Assembly (NCBI RefSeq): GCF_009914755.1
Contig: NC_060944.1
Length of the DNA stretch: 64,000 bases
Strand: one strand, 5' to 3'
From: the human T2T-CHM13v2.0 reference genome, Homo sapiens
Shown here: positions 28,238-48,900 of the stretch, in pieces
How the letters are laid out: each line of letters opens with the position of its first letter
How positions within the stretch are numbered: the stretch's first letter is position 1
Position numbers and translations under genes: made by a program
Notes under the pieces: model-generated
The model's database searches: none
The model's input: only the letters and a program-made list of their open reading frames with translations
Told to the model about the DNA's origin: nothing

Positions 28238-28342
28238 AAAATATATGGAATGCATCACAAATTTGCATTCCATCCGTGTACACAGGCCATACTAATCTCT
28301 GTATCATTTCACTCTTAGTATCTGTGCTGCCAAAGTGAGTAC
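28238..28342 (-). pseudogene. U6 snRNA retropseudogene (full length, diverged)
   Basis: Reverse complement GTACTCACTTTGGCAGCACAGATACTAA...ATACAGAGATTAGTATGGCC...GCAAATTTGTGATGCATTCCATATATTTT aligns end to end with U6. Confidence 0.93.
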
Positions 28343-28472
28343 TTAACTCCAGCCTGGATGGCAGAGCAAGACTGGCTCAAAAAATAGATAAATAAATTAA
28401 ATGCTTAATTTTATGTATTTATTTTAAAAGATATTTTTGCTAGGTAAAAATTCTAGAATGACTAATTAATTA

Positions 28473-28800
<328 letters not shown>

Positions 28801-29109
28801 GCTTTAAAGATGTATCCCCACTGTCTTAAGCTTGCATTATTTTTGATGAAAAGTCTCCTGTATTTTTTGTTCTTTTGTATTTAATATTTCTTTTTGGGGG
28901 GCTGCTTTTAAGATATTTTCTTTATTGGTTTGTGCAACTTGGTTTGTGCTTGGGGTTCATCGAGTTTTTGGATCTGTGGGTCTACAGTTTTCATCATATT
29001 TGGAACATATGTGACCATTATTTCTTCAAATATTCTTTCTGTCCCCTCTTCCACTGGTGTCTCCAATACATATCTATTAGGCCACTTGAAATTTCCCCAT
29101 AGCTGCTGA

Positions 29110-29419
<310 letters not shown>

Positions 29420-32005
29420 TGCTCTGTTTATCTTTTATACAGTTTTTAATTTTTTTGGTCTTATATTTGGATGTGGCTTTATATATTCCATTTTTATCTC
29501 TCTATGTGTCATTTTGAATAGTTTCTGTTGTTGTGTCTTTAAGTTCATTAATCTATTTTCTTCAACATCTTAACTGCTATTAATCCTACTCAGTCTATTT
29601 TTCATCTTAGATATTGCAGCTTTCATCTCTAAAAGCTCAATATGGATCTTTTAAATATTTTCCGTGCATCTACTTCACATATTCAGTTTTTCTTCTAGCT
29701 TCCTGAACATACAGAGTATACTTATAATAACTTTAATTTCTTTGTGTACTAATTTTATCACCTGTCTTTTCTGGTTAGTTTCAAATGATTAATTTTTCTT
29801 ATTATGAATCACATTTTCCTGCCATTTTCATGCCTGGTAATTTTTTATTGGATAACAGATATTGTGACTTTTACTTCAATGGGTAGTGGGTATTTTGCCT
29901 TTCTATAAATATGCTTGAGCTTGTTTTGGGACATGGTTAAATTACCTGGAAGCGGTTTGAACTTTTCATGTTTTGGACTTAAGCTTTGCAAGGCATGCCT
30001 CCAGCATCATTTGGTCTAGGGCTAATTCTTTTTCCTTTACTGAGGCAGAACTCTTCTGTGTATTCTACCAGATGTCCCATGAATTATAAGTTTTTTTCAC
30101 TCAGGTTGTAAAGATCAGGCACTATTCTTAGCCTTGCGTAAGCTCCAGAAATTTTTCTCCTCTGGCCTCATGTACTTTTCTCATGTACATAATACACTTT
30201 TCAATACTTCACTGAATATTCAATGGGGACCTTTTACAGATATTTGGAGTTCTCTTTCTGTGAAACGACCTGCTCTTTGGTGCCCTACCCTGAAAACTCT
30301 AGTCACTTGGCCTCTGTGGACATCCAGGTCCTTCTTAACAACTCAGGGAGAACTTCGGGCTCCACCTGAGTTATCTCGTTCTGCATGGTGGTCTTAAAGC
30401 CTTCTCAGAGAGTACTCTTAGGGCAGCCTTAGGGCTCGCTTCATTTATGTCCCATTTCACAGGGATCACTGTCCTTTGTTGCCTGGTATCCAATGTCTTG
30501 TCTACCATGTTTTAAATAATTTGCCCAGATTTTTAGCAAGAGAGTAAATCCAGTCCCCATCACTATTTTGGTAGAAGTTGCCCCAATTATTTAATTTAAT
30601 TTAATTTTGCTATTGTACTATGTGTTTGTCTTTTTTCACTGTATGTTCTAACTGGTTTTTCTTTGTATATGTGAAGGTTGTTGATTTCTGTTTGTTGATT
30701 TTATAACTTACTATGTTACTTAAATTATCTTGTTTTTTATAGCAGTTTAATGTTGATTCTATTAAGTTTTCCAGATACCATATCATCTACAAAGAGAGAT
30801 AGTTTTCCCACTTCCTTTGCAATTAATATGCTTTTTATTGTTCTCTCCTTCTAAAAGCATTGACAAATACTTCAACGTAATGTTAAATACTATTAGAAAT
30901 GGTGGGCATGAGTTTGAAGACTGCTTAAGTATTCTACTGATTCTATCTTTTGGAGATGTCCCTAGTAATGCTGCAAGTCCTCCTGTTCTGGAATGGCCCA
31001 GTGGCCATTTCTATGCCTCCTGCACAACTGTTATCTTAGGGTTTCCAATCCCCTATTCCTAGTTCTCATTCTTACCTTTTTTTTTTGTATGACTCCTATT
31101 TTAGTTAAGCATAAGAGGGTGTAAAAAGCAATTCTTGATAATCTTGCAAACTCCATAGATTGGGTAAATGATTTTAGCTTTGAAATAATTTTCCCTAAGA
31201 ATTGTGAAGGCACTATTCCTTGTATTCCTGGGTCTAATATTGTCCTTAGGCATCTCATGCTGGTGTCACTCACAGTGCTTTGTGCATAACTTTTTAGTTT
31301 CAATTCTTTAAAATTGTATGACATTCTCTTTGTCCCCAAAGACTGCCTACCATTCTCCTTGTTTCTCCATGGCTGTAAGCTAAAATGTGAAAGTCCCCTA
31401 AATTATCTTGATGTATGTTTCTATGGTTCTGTTACAGTAAATTATCACACTCATTTTTTTAAAAAAGAATCATAATAATTAATTCACCAATACAAGTACA
31501 TCTGAACTAACTGTTGGGCTTCCCAGGCTTTCCTTTAATGGGTGCTGTTTAGAGTCTTGCAAGGTTTGTCTTCAGCCATGATTGAATCAGCCAGGACCAA
31601 ACTCGAGAATACACAGAACTTATAGAAACAAAGGACAAAATTCAAGAAATGTAGGAATTACATATTCTATATCAATAATCTACATGTGATTCTTATAACT
31701 TTCTGCCTCAATAAATTTATCATTCATATCTTATGGGAATCTATGGTTCCATGCTTTTAAGATTATGTTTTTAAGTTTAATTGGTTGTAATATCCTGAGT
31801 ATTAATGATGTATAGTAATATAATAATTATTATACAGCAGGCACTCTTCTAAGTGTTTTCCATTTATAAGCCCATTCACATTTATAATTCTTATAACAAA
31901 TCTGTGAAGTGGATACTATTGTTATCCCTACCTTAAACACAAGGGAATTGAGGCACAGAGAATTTAACATTTTGAATTAAGAATCTTAATTAAGAATTAA
32001 GGTCA

Positions 32006-32421
<416 letters not shown>

Positions 32422-32621
32422 CTAAAGAGTTAGGAGTCTACTGATAGATGGCGCTGGGGTTACATTTCACCCTGTTCCTTCACTGTGACCTCTCACTATC
32501 CCCATCTTCTATTCATAATCTTGGCACAAGGGCTAACAAAGGGGGAGCCTTAGGCTAGGCTCCCAGGGATTGTAATTTGTTTTAGAACAATGCGCTGGAT
32601 TTCTAGGGATCTGTACTCCAC

Positions 32622-32972
32622 CATGCACAAACATCTGGGTGCCTTGTCCAGACTTAATCTTCATGTAGGCTTCCTTTCTGGAATTTCACACAGTAGTAGG
32701 TGCCGGCTCTGCTGGTGTGATGCTTCTGATACAGATGGAATAGTTTGTGCTCTTTCTATTTGTGATGTCTGAAACAGTTCTTATCCAGGGGAAGTTGCCT
32801 TCTTTTTGACTGTAGATTAATTCCCGGCCTGGTCCAGCTCCTCTGAACCACTGGATGGGCCCTACGGGGATCAGGGAGGTCACAGTGCAGTGTAGAGTGG
32901 CCGCTTCTCCAGCTGCGACTGACACGGACTTCTCAGGCTGAATTACCCGCAGCTCCTCCTCACCCGCCACTC
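32622..32972 (-). pseudogene. SIRP IgV pseudo-exon ([28 protein letters not shown]...)
   Basis: cttccag| acceptor; 1-nt deletion in GAT of DAGTYYC (~32708) giving TGA at 32686-32688; second indel near 32667; donor altered to gtggagt. Confidence 0.93.
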
Positions 32973-33451
32973 CTGGAAGAACACACGTCAGCTCCAAGCT
33001 CCAGCTGGGGATGAGGCTGCGGTCCAGGTGCCTGGGTTCAGATTGCATTTGAAGCCCCATTCATTCTTTCTTTCCATATCATGTATTAGCTTTTAGGATG
33101 GGCACATTCCTTAACTGGGTATCAAGAGAGACATAGAGACAAGATAGACAGACAGCCCTTGCTAAGGACACAGTCAGGAAGTCAAAAGAGAAGAAATACT
33201 TCTAGAAAAGATGTTCAACAACACCAGTAATCCAGTGAAGTGCATAGTTAAACCACACACAAATTGCTAACGTCCATGACAGACTAGCTGGAAAAGTTTT
33301 TAAAAAAAATGTACGCAGGTTTCAGCATATGAAAGTTAGAGCACATTTTCAGGCTGCAATAAATAGTAGAGGCAGGTTGGTACCAAGGCAAGCAGAGAGG
33401 TCGATGAAACAGAAGAGAGAACCTGGAATTGGACCCAGGTAAATAGACAGA

Positions 33452-33457
33452 TTTATT
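33452..33457 (-). terminator. Probable SIRPD polyadenylation signal AATAAA
   Basis: TTTATT on + strand about 150 nt downstream of the SIRPD stop codon. Confidence 0.6.
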
Positions 33458-33602
33458 GTACGATCAAGCTGGCATTTTATGTCAGTGGAAGAAAGCTCTC
33501 TTGAAGAAGGCAAATGAAACTCCTAAAAAGTAGCTGTCTCCAGGGAGTCAGAAGAGTATGGGGGCTTTTGTTATTTACTTGTACGTTCCTTCCCTGTTTG
33601 GA

Positions 33603-33619
33603 TTATTTTGACAGCAAGC
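33603..33619 (-). CDS. SIRPD: SIRPD terminal exon coding part (GLLSK-stop)
   Basis: (tttta)n...gtatttcag| acceptor then GC TTG CTG TCA AAA TAA; four exons sum to 73+348+156+17=594 nt = 197 aa + stop. Confidence 0.88.
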
Positions 33620-34510
33620 CTGAAATACAATAAAAATAAAATAAAATAAAACATTTCTCCCTCCTGCAAGCTAAGAGCAGACACAATTTTTAGAATATTA
33701 GCTTAGCAAACATGAAAAAGATTGCCAATTTTCTGTGTTGCTAAGGTTGTGGTGAGGCAGGCGCTCCCACATACTGCTGGTGGGAATAACAATGGACACG
33801 ATCTCTCTAGATGGCAATACAGCATCACAGTCATGATCTTATGATCTATGTCCACGTGACAAACCCATATTTAAACAAGTAAAGTGGAGATACTTTAACC
33901 AAATCTGTTTTGGTCCCAAATGTTCAAAATACCCCCTGTCCATTGCTGCTGCTTCTGTGCTGGGTGTGGTGAGATAATATATTACTGATATTGAGACACT
34001 CACGTTTCATTGGGAAATGGCTTTTGAAACCAAAAAACACTTTTGAAATGCAATTTCCCAATAAAACTCATACCCTTTGATTTAGTAATTCCTCTTTGAC
34101 GGCCTTATTCAAAAGAAACAATCAGACAAGGGTGAATATGATTTGTAAAGGAATGGTAATCATAGTATTTACAATATAGAAAAGTTTGATGCATGGCCCA
34201 TGTCCAAGAATAGGAGTGAGTTAGATAAATGATGGTACAACCACAAAATGGAAAACTATGTAGAGATTGAAATGATAGTGTTGATGTATATATTGGGGAT
34301 GTATTGATGATGTTGCAGACACATATATATTTACATAGAAAAGGGTCCCCAATTTATCATTGAGTAAAAGAACAAATAAACCACCATATTTTGTGTAATC
34401 TTATTTTTGTTAAAAGTTCGATGTATCTAGAAGCAGCACAGTGAAGAGGTCAAAGTAAGAGCTAGTGGAGTCCCATTGACCCAGGTTTCAATGCCTCCTC
34501 TATTGCTTGA

Positions 34511-34924
34511 TTGCTATAGTTTAAATATTTGTCCCCTCCAAAATTCATGTTGAAATTCAATCCTCAATGTGCAGTATTGAGAGGTAGGGTCTTTAAGAGG
34601 TGATTGGGTCATAAGGACTCTGCGTTATTTCACAAATTAGTGGATTAATGGGTTATCATGGGAGGGGAACTGTTGGTTTTATAAGAAGAGAGAGAGAGAG
34701 ACCCAAGTATAGTATGCTAGCATGCTCAGTCCCCTCACCATGTGATACCCTGTGCTGCCTCAGGACTCTTTAGAGAGTCCCCACCAGCAAGAAAGCTCTC
34801 ACCAAATATGGCCCCTTGACCTTGAACATCTCAGCCTTTACAACTATAAGAAATAGGTTCTTTTTCTTTATAAATAATCCAGTTTCATGTATTCTATTCT
34901 AAGCAACAGAAAAAGGACTGACAT
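34511..34924 (+). mobile_element. MST-type MaLR solo LTR
   Basis: tgctatagtttaaatatttgtcccctccaaaattcatgttg...aagcaacagaaaaaggactgaca. Confidence 0.82.
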
Positions 34925-36307
34925 TGGTGTTTTACTTTGCGAAAATAACCTCCCTGAGGCTCTGTTTTCTTATCTATGTAATGTATACAATGTGGAAAGT
35001 AAAACTTCCTCTTGCAATTTTGTTGTGATACTGAAACCTGAAAATCTTTGAGAAACACTCAGGACTGTGCTCATAGAAGGACTTCTGTGAAATGGGCTTT
35101 CCATTCTTAACTGCAAGTCCAGTAGGCCAGGCTCCAGCCCTGACAACCTGGTGATTCTAGGAAGCGCACACCATTGCTTGGCTTTCAGTTCCTTCTTCTA
35201 CCAAGCCTGATGGACCTTTCTCAGTTCCCATGACTTCTGTGAGTTCTAAGTGAAGACATAGACTTGCCAAAGACACAGAGTGAGAGTTGCAATGGCCGGA
35301 TGCAGCAGGACTATTTTCGTGGGCTCATATTTGCACTTATTAAGCCCTAAAAGGCTGTAACAACCAGAGCTCACATAGGTGGTTCTGTGTGCTACACATT
35401 ACTCCAAAAACTTAACTATATTAATTAACTAGTTTGATTCTCACCACAACTGTATTGGAAAGGCATTATTATTTATCCCGATTTCACAGACAAGAAAACA
35501 GAGGCACAGAGAAGTTGAGTAACTTATCCATAGTCAAACAGCCTACAAATGATGAAACTTGCATTTGAACCCCGGCCTGTCGTTTTTTTTTTTTTTTTAA
35601 TGCCTGTGCTTTTAACCACTTTATTAGTTGGACTCTAAATTGAGATGTTAACACCACTGGGAGAAGAATGGTTGCCTCTCCTGACTGTGCAGATCATCTT
35701 TGGAGAGAAGAGAGTAGACAGGCAGGAGAAACACCCGCATCAAGAACGTAATCCTAGGTTTCTGAGATTCTGGGAGACTTACTAGTCTAAAAAGGACCAT
35801 TTAGCAATTTTTTCTAATAGTTCTACATTGCATTTGTAGTACTTGTTGTTATCTATCTACCTATCTATCTATCTAATCTATCTATTAATCACCTATGCAT
35901 CCATGTGTACTCATCTTAATGACAGCATCCCTGTCTCCCTCCTGGGGACCAAGGGGTCAAATGCTGCTCCTCTACTTCTTCTCTCAGGATGGCATCAGGT
36001 CCTGCAGGTCAGGCCTAGGGGGTCGTGGAACCTTCACAGGACATCAGGGGTGTGGGAAGTGAGAGGGACTGGGCACCCCTGTCATGGGGAAACGCCTGGA
36101 TGGGAGAGAAAGCAACCCCTCCAAGCAAGAAGAATTCTGGAAGGATTTGTTTTGGAGACACTAGTTATAAAACAAACTATTTAGGGAAGTGTCTTAAAGA
36201 GGAAGGGGTGGCAAAGAAAGAGGCCCTAGGACAACAGAGATTCATCCGCCCCACTGCAGGTGGCGAAATGGTACCGCCGCCAAACTCAGGAGAGCATCCC
36301 TGCATCA

Positions 36308-37260
<953 letters not shown>

Positions 37261-37609
37261 CATGAAATCACATTCAGAGCCTCTAGCCATGAGCTCATCA
37301 CTTCTGTGGACCCAGTGCCAGACACTGCCTCCTGTGACTCAGTTTCCCCACTGCTCCCCACCCCTGCCTCCTTACCAGTGGCTGACCGGATGTTGGTGAT
37401 GAGAATGGTGATGAGAAGGGGTGGAATGAAAGGGGCCAATCAGCGATGAGATTTGATTGCTCTGTAGCATGATGAGTGTCCCTCTCCCCTCGACACCTTA
37501 TTCTAGCTTGTTAAACATTTTTTCTGAGAGGGATTTCTTGACAAGGAACTGGCCAGAGTGTTCCGTTTAGCACTCTTTGTTCTAACTCTAATCCCTGTCT
37601 TCACTGATG

Positions 37610-39520
37610 ACAGATTCTATTTTCTAGAGCTGACTGCAACAAGGTCCCTCTTCACTCATGCTCTTCGACACTCTTCCCATGGAGATGTAGGCATATGTTC
37701 CCTCCCCCTGAGTTTGGGCAGGTCTGTGACTGCAACAGAAGGGATGTGATGTGACTTCTGAGGCTAGACCATAATAATTCCCTGCATTTCTACCTGGCTT
37801 TCTTGGGATGCTAATTTTTGGAACCTTGCCACCATGCTATGAGGAAGCCCAAACTAGCATGCATGAAGAGATCACATTGCAGGGACACATGTAAGAGTTC
37901 TAACTGACATCCCAGCTAAGATGCAGCCAATATCCATTATCAATCATCAGACATGTAAAAGAATAAGCTTCCAGATGACCCAGCAGTTGAGTCATCCCCA
38001 GGTGAGTTTCCCAACTGAGACCCCAGGCAACATATAGCAGAGATAAGTCATTCTTGTACCCTGTCTGAATTCCTTACCCACAGTGTCATTGATCATAATA
38101 AGATGGTTGTTTTTTTGACCTTGTGTTTTGGGGTGTTTTGCTATGCAGCAGTAGTAACTAGACAGCACCCTTGGCAACATCTTCCCCACCCCCACTGACC
38201 ACACTAAAATTAAACCTTTGTCATTGTTTTAGTAAATTGTTGTAATGGATGCTTTCATTACTGGGTTTCAATCATTTTTATTTTTCTGATATAGGGATTT
38301 AAGGCTATAAATTCCAAGTACAGCAGTAACTACATGCCTCAAGTTTAATGTGCAGTATTTTAATTATTATTTAGTCCAAAATATTTTCTAGTATCTGCGG
38401 TAATTTCTTTTTTGATAAATCAGTTATTTAGATTATTTCCCAAATTCCTAATATATGAGGATTTTCTAATGATCTTTTTGTAAATATTTATAGTTTAATT
38501 CCACAATGATCAGAAAACATACTTATATAATTTTGATATTTCAAGATTTGTTGAGACTTGCTTCTTGACCAAGCATATGATTAATTTTAGTTAATATCTC
38601 ACATGGGCTTGAAAAGGAGCTGTGTTTTTCAGTTGTTGGGTGCAGTGCTCAATTACATCAAATTTGTTAATCACCTTGATCAAATCTTTTGTATCCTTAC
38701 TGACATTTTGTCTGCATGTCCTCCTAGTTACTGAGAGAACTGCTGTGGTAGTCAGCCTTTGAGATGATCTCCAGCTCTTGGCATTCACCCCACTATGTAA
38801 TCCCCTCCTCTGGATCTAGTGATTCACTTCTAATGAAAAAGTAAAAGTAACAGGATGTCACTTCTGAAATTAGCTTATAAAGAAATTGTGACTTGTATCT
38901 TCTTCTTCCCCTCTCTCCTGCTTCTTGAGGAGAAGCAGCTGCCATGTTGTGAGCTGTCCTATGGAGAAGCCCATGTAGCAGATATCTGATGTCTTCAGCC
39001 AGTTGCCCGCAAGGATCTGAGGCCTGCCAATAGCCATGGGAGTGAGCTTGAAGTGGATTCTTCTCCAGTTGAGCCTTTGGATTATTGCATTATTGGCAGA
39101 CACCTTGATTGCAGCCTTAAAAGAGACCTTAAACCAAGATCACTCAACCTAAACTATGTCTAGAATCCTGACTCACAGACACTGGGAGACAGTAAGTGTT
39201 TGTTGTTTGAAATCACTAAGTTTTGGGTAATTTGTTATGCAGCATAGATGACTAATACAGATTTGTTAAGAATCTGGTAGCTTAATTGTGAGAAGGCAAT
39301 GTGAAAATGGAACACAGAGAGATTTAAAGACACTGGCCTTGAAGATTTATTCTATGCTGCTGACAGGCCAGGGATGCTGGCAGCAAACCAGAAGCCAAAA
39401 GAGAAAGGGAATATGCTCTCTCCTAGAACCTCCAGAAGGAGCAGTTCTGCTGATGCCTTGATTTCAGTCCAGAGATGCAGATTTCAGACTTCTGGCTTCT
39501 AGAACTGTAAGAGACTAAAT
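37610..39520. mobile_element. Cluster of MLT1 LTRs (~37610-38165, ~38745-39260, ~39280-39520) with L1 fragments between
   Basis: MLT1 motifs gtgacttctgaggctag, tgccatgttgtgagctg, ttgttatgcagca. Confidence 0.7.
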
Positions 39521-39823
39521 TTGGTTTTTAAACAACTTTATTGAGATGTACTTCATACACCATACAATTTACACATTTAAAATGTACAATTCAATATTTG
39601 CAGATATTTGTCTGTAGATATGTGCAATCATAACCACAGTCATTTTGAACATTTTTATCATCTCAAAAAAGACTCCATGCCTTTCATGTAATAACCTCCA
39701 TTTTCCCTATCTTTCCACCATCCCCCAAATCATAAGAAATGTTCTGTCTTTAATCTACTTTCTGTCTCTATAGATTTGCCTATTCTGAGTATGTCATATA
39801 CATGGAATTATTTAAAAAATTGA

Positions 39824-45520
<5,697 letters not shown>

Positions 45521-45524
45521 GAAT

Positions 45525-48500
45525 AAGTGACCTTTTGTGATTTTATTCTTTAACTTAGCATATGCTTTCAAGGTTTATCCATGTTGCTGCATGTCTTAGT
45601 ATGTCATTCCTCTTCATAGCCTAATAATATTCCACTGTATGTATAGATCATACCTTGCTTTTCCATTCATCAGTTGATAGATGTTTGGATTGTTTCTACC
45701 TTTCAGATAGTGTGAATGCTGTTATAAACATTTGTGCACAAATTTTTGTGTGAACATATGTTTTCATTTCTCTTGAGTAAATACCTAGGAGTGGAATAGC
45801 TGGGTCATATAGTAACTTATGTTTGACTGTTTGAGGAGCTGCCTATCTATTTTCCAAAGTGGCTTCACCATTTTGCATTTCCACCTGCAGTGTATGAGGT
45901 TTACAATTCCTCTACATTCTCATAAACATTTGTTATCTGATTTTTGATTTTAGCTATCCTTATGAGTGCAAAGTTGTATTTCATTATAGTTTTGATTTGC
46001 ATTTCCCTGAGGATAAATTATGCTGAGCTCCTTTTGATGTGCTTATTGGCAATTTGAATATCTGCTTTGGAGAAATTCTTTATATATTCTAAACTCAAGG
46101 CCCTTATCAGATATGTAATTTGCAAATATTTTTCCCATTCTGTGGGTTATCTTTTTACTTTCTTGATAATGTCCTTTGAAGCATAAAAGGTTTTAATTTT
46201 TATGAAGTCCAATATATCTATTTTTTCTTTTGTTTCTCATGCTTTTGATACTATGCTTAAGAAGCCAATGCAAAATCTGATGTCATTAAGATTTATCCCT
46301 ATGTTTTATTATAAAAGCTTTATAGGTATTTTTAGGCTTTCAAACCATTTTGAGTTAATTTTTGTATATGGTGTGAAGTAGGGTTCAACTTCATTGTTTT
46401 CTGTGTGTGGCTATCCAGTTGTTTCAGCATTATTTGTTGAAAAGATGCTTCTTTCCTCATTATCACACTTGTTGAAAATCAGTTGACCACAGATACATGG
46501 GCTTGTTTCTGGACTCTCTCTTTTCCATTGGTCTATAGGTCTATCCTGTTCCAGTACCACATTATCTTGATTGCTGTGGACTTGTAGTGAACTTTTATTT
46601 TTATTTTATTTATTTATTTTTAGAGATGAGATTTCACTGTGTTCACCAGGCTGGCCTCAAACTCCTGTCCTCAAGCGATCCTCCCATCTCAGCCTCCCAA
46701 AGTGCTGGGATTACAGGCGTGAGCCATTGCGTCCAGCCTGTAGTAAGTTTTGAAAGAAAAACGTGTGTTCTCCTACTTTATTTTTCAGGATTGTTTTGGC
46801 TATTCTGGATCCTTCATATTTCCACATGAATGTTAAGATCAGCTTGTCAATTTCTACAAAAAAGTAGGTTGGGATTCTGATAAGGATTGTGTTGGATCTG
46901 TAGACCAGTTTGGGGGAATAGTGCCATCTTAAGAATGTTAAATCTTCTGGTCCATGAAAATGGGAAAATTTTCAATTTGTTTAGATCTTCTTTCATTTAA
47001 CATTTTTTTGTAGTTTTCAGAGTATAAATTTGCACTTCTTTTGTTAAATTTATTTTTATTTTTAGTGTTCATTCCAAGTGTGTGGAAATGTAATAGATTT
47101 TTGTATATTGAACTGTACTCTCAAGCTTGCTGAACTTGCTCAGTAGTTTGAATAGTTTTTTAGTGGGTTCCTTAGGATTTTCTATGTACAAGAACATGCC
47201 ATTTGTCAATAGAGATAGTTTTACTTCATTCTTTCCAATTTGGATTGTTTTTATTACTTAATTGTCCTGACTAAAAATTTTAGTACAACGTTGAGTAGAA
47301 ATGGTGATAGGAGATATCCTTGTGTTATTCTTGATCTACTGGGGACAGCATCTAACCATCCTCATTAATTGTGACATTGGCTGTGGCTTTCGGTTTTGCT
47401 AAATATGATGTTAGCTATGGGTTTTGCATCCATGCTCTTTATCAGGTTGATAAAGTTCCCTACTATTCCTAGTTTTTTGAGTACCTTTTTAAATAAAAGA
47501 ATTTTAGATTTTACCAAATTCCTTTTTTTTTATCATCTTGAGAGGATTATGTGGTTTTCTTTTTTATTTTATTGATATTGTGTTGTATTAAATTAATTGA
47601 CATTCAGATATTAAACCAACCTTGTATTCATGGGATAAATCCCACTTGGTCAACATGAATAATGCTTTTTATATGTTGCTGGTTTCAGTTTGCTAGTATT
47701 TTCTTAAGGGATTTTTGTGTCCATATACGTAAGATATATTTGATCTGTGTTTTTTTCTTGTGATGTCTTTGTCTGGTGTCGATATCAGAGTAATTTTTTA
47801 TTACTAATTTAATCTGTTTAGTTGTTATAGGTATCTTGAAATGCTCCATTATTTTTGGGCCAGTTTTGGTAATTTTTATGTCTTCTAGGAGTTTGTCTTT
47901 TTCATCATATAAACCTAGTTTATAGGCACACATTTTTTCATAGTATTCTTTAATATTCCTTTTTATTTCTATAAAGTTGCTAGTAATGTTCCTTCCTTCA
48001 TTTCTGATTCTAGTAATTTGAGTTTCCTTTTTCAATCTCCGGTCCAGCTGACTAAATAGACTTGAGAAGTTTTCAGCTATTCTTTCTTTGAATATTTTTT
48101 TCTGCTGTTTTCTCTTTCTCCTCTCCTTCTGCTATCCCTATTACATGTATGCGGTGTGCTTAATGATGGCTTACATTTCTCTGAGGCTCTGTTCATTTTT
48201 TAAATGTTATTTTCATTTAATTTTTCTCTGTTCTTCAGATTCCATAATTTATATTAATCTATTTTCAAATTTGCTAAATCTGCTTCTTCAAATCTACTGT
48301 TAATCCCCTCTAGGGTAATTTTTCTTTCAATTGTTGTACTTTTGAATAATAAAATTTCCATTTGGTTCTTTTTAATAATTTCTGTTTATTGATATCTTCT
48401 ATTTGATGCAACACTATCATGTTACTTTCTTGTACTTATTTAATCATGGTTTGTTTAATCATGTTTCTTTGAACATATTTGTAATGGTTACACCAAATGC

Positions 48501-48900
48501 TTTGCCTGTTAAGTTTGACATCTGATGGCCATAACAAGCAGTTTCTGATACCTTTTTTTTTTTGGTTTGTTTTTGGTATACTTGTCATAGTTTTCTGTTC
48601 TATTGCATGTCTCACTTTTTTTGAAACTGGACATCTTAGATAATACATTGTAGAAACTCTGGATATTGGTCTTCCTCACAACCACTGAGGCTTGTTATTG
48701 TCATCTGCTTGTACAGTTGTTGAGTGACTGGATGGATTATTTTGGTGCAGTTGATTCCTCTTCTTTGCCATGGGGTATAGCCTTTGACAGGGAAAAGGGG
48801 GGTTTTGGTTCAAATATCAGACTTTTACTTTTCTTCCCCAGTTTTAGTAGTTTAAAAATTATTTCTTCATTTATGATATGCCCTTAATACTATTTCCAGA
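45525..48900 (-). mobile_element. Older L1M host element (3' end at ~39525-39815) with Alu monomer at ~46595-46740
   Basis: Continuous antisense L1 ORF2 remnants, e.g. 47685-48035. Confidence 0.75.

Noticed and set aside
28238-28342. Functional U6 gene
   Set aside because: Many substitutions and indels including near the ACAGAGA box; embedded in L1; no PSE/TATA upstream
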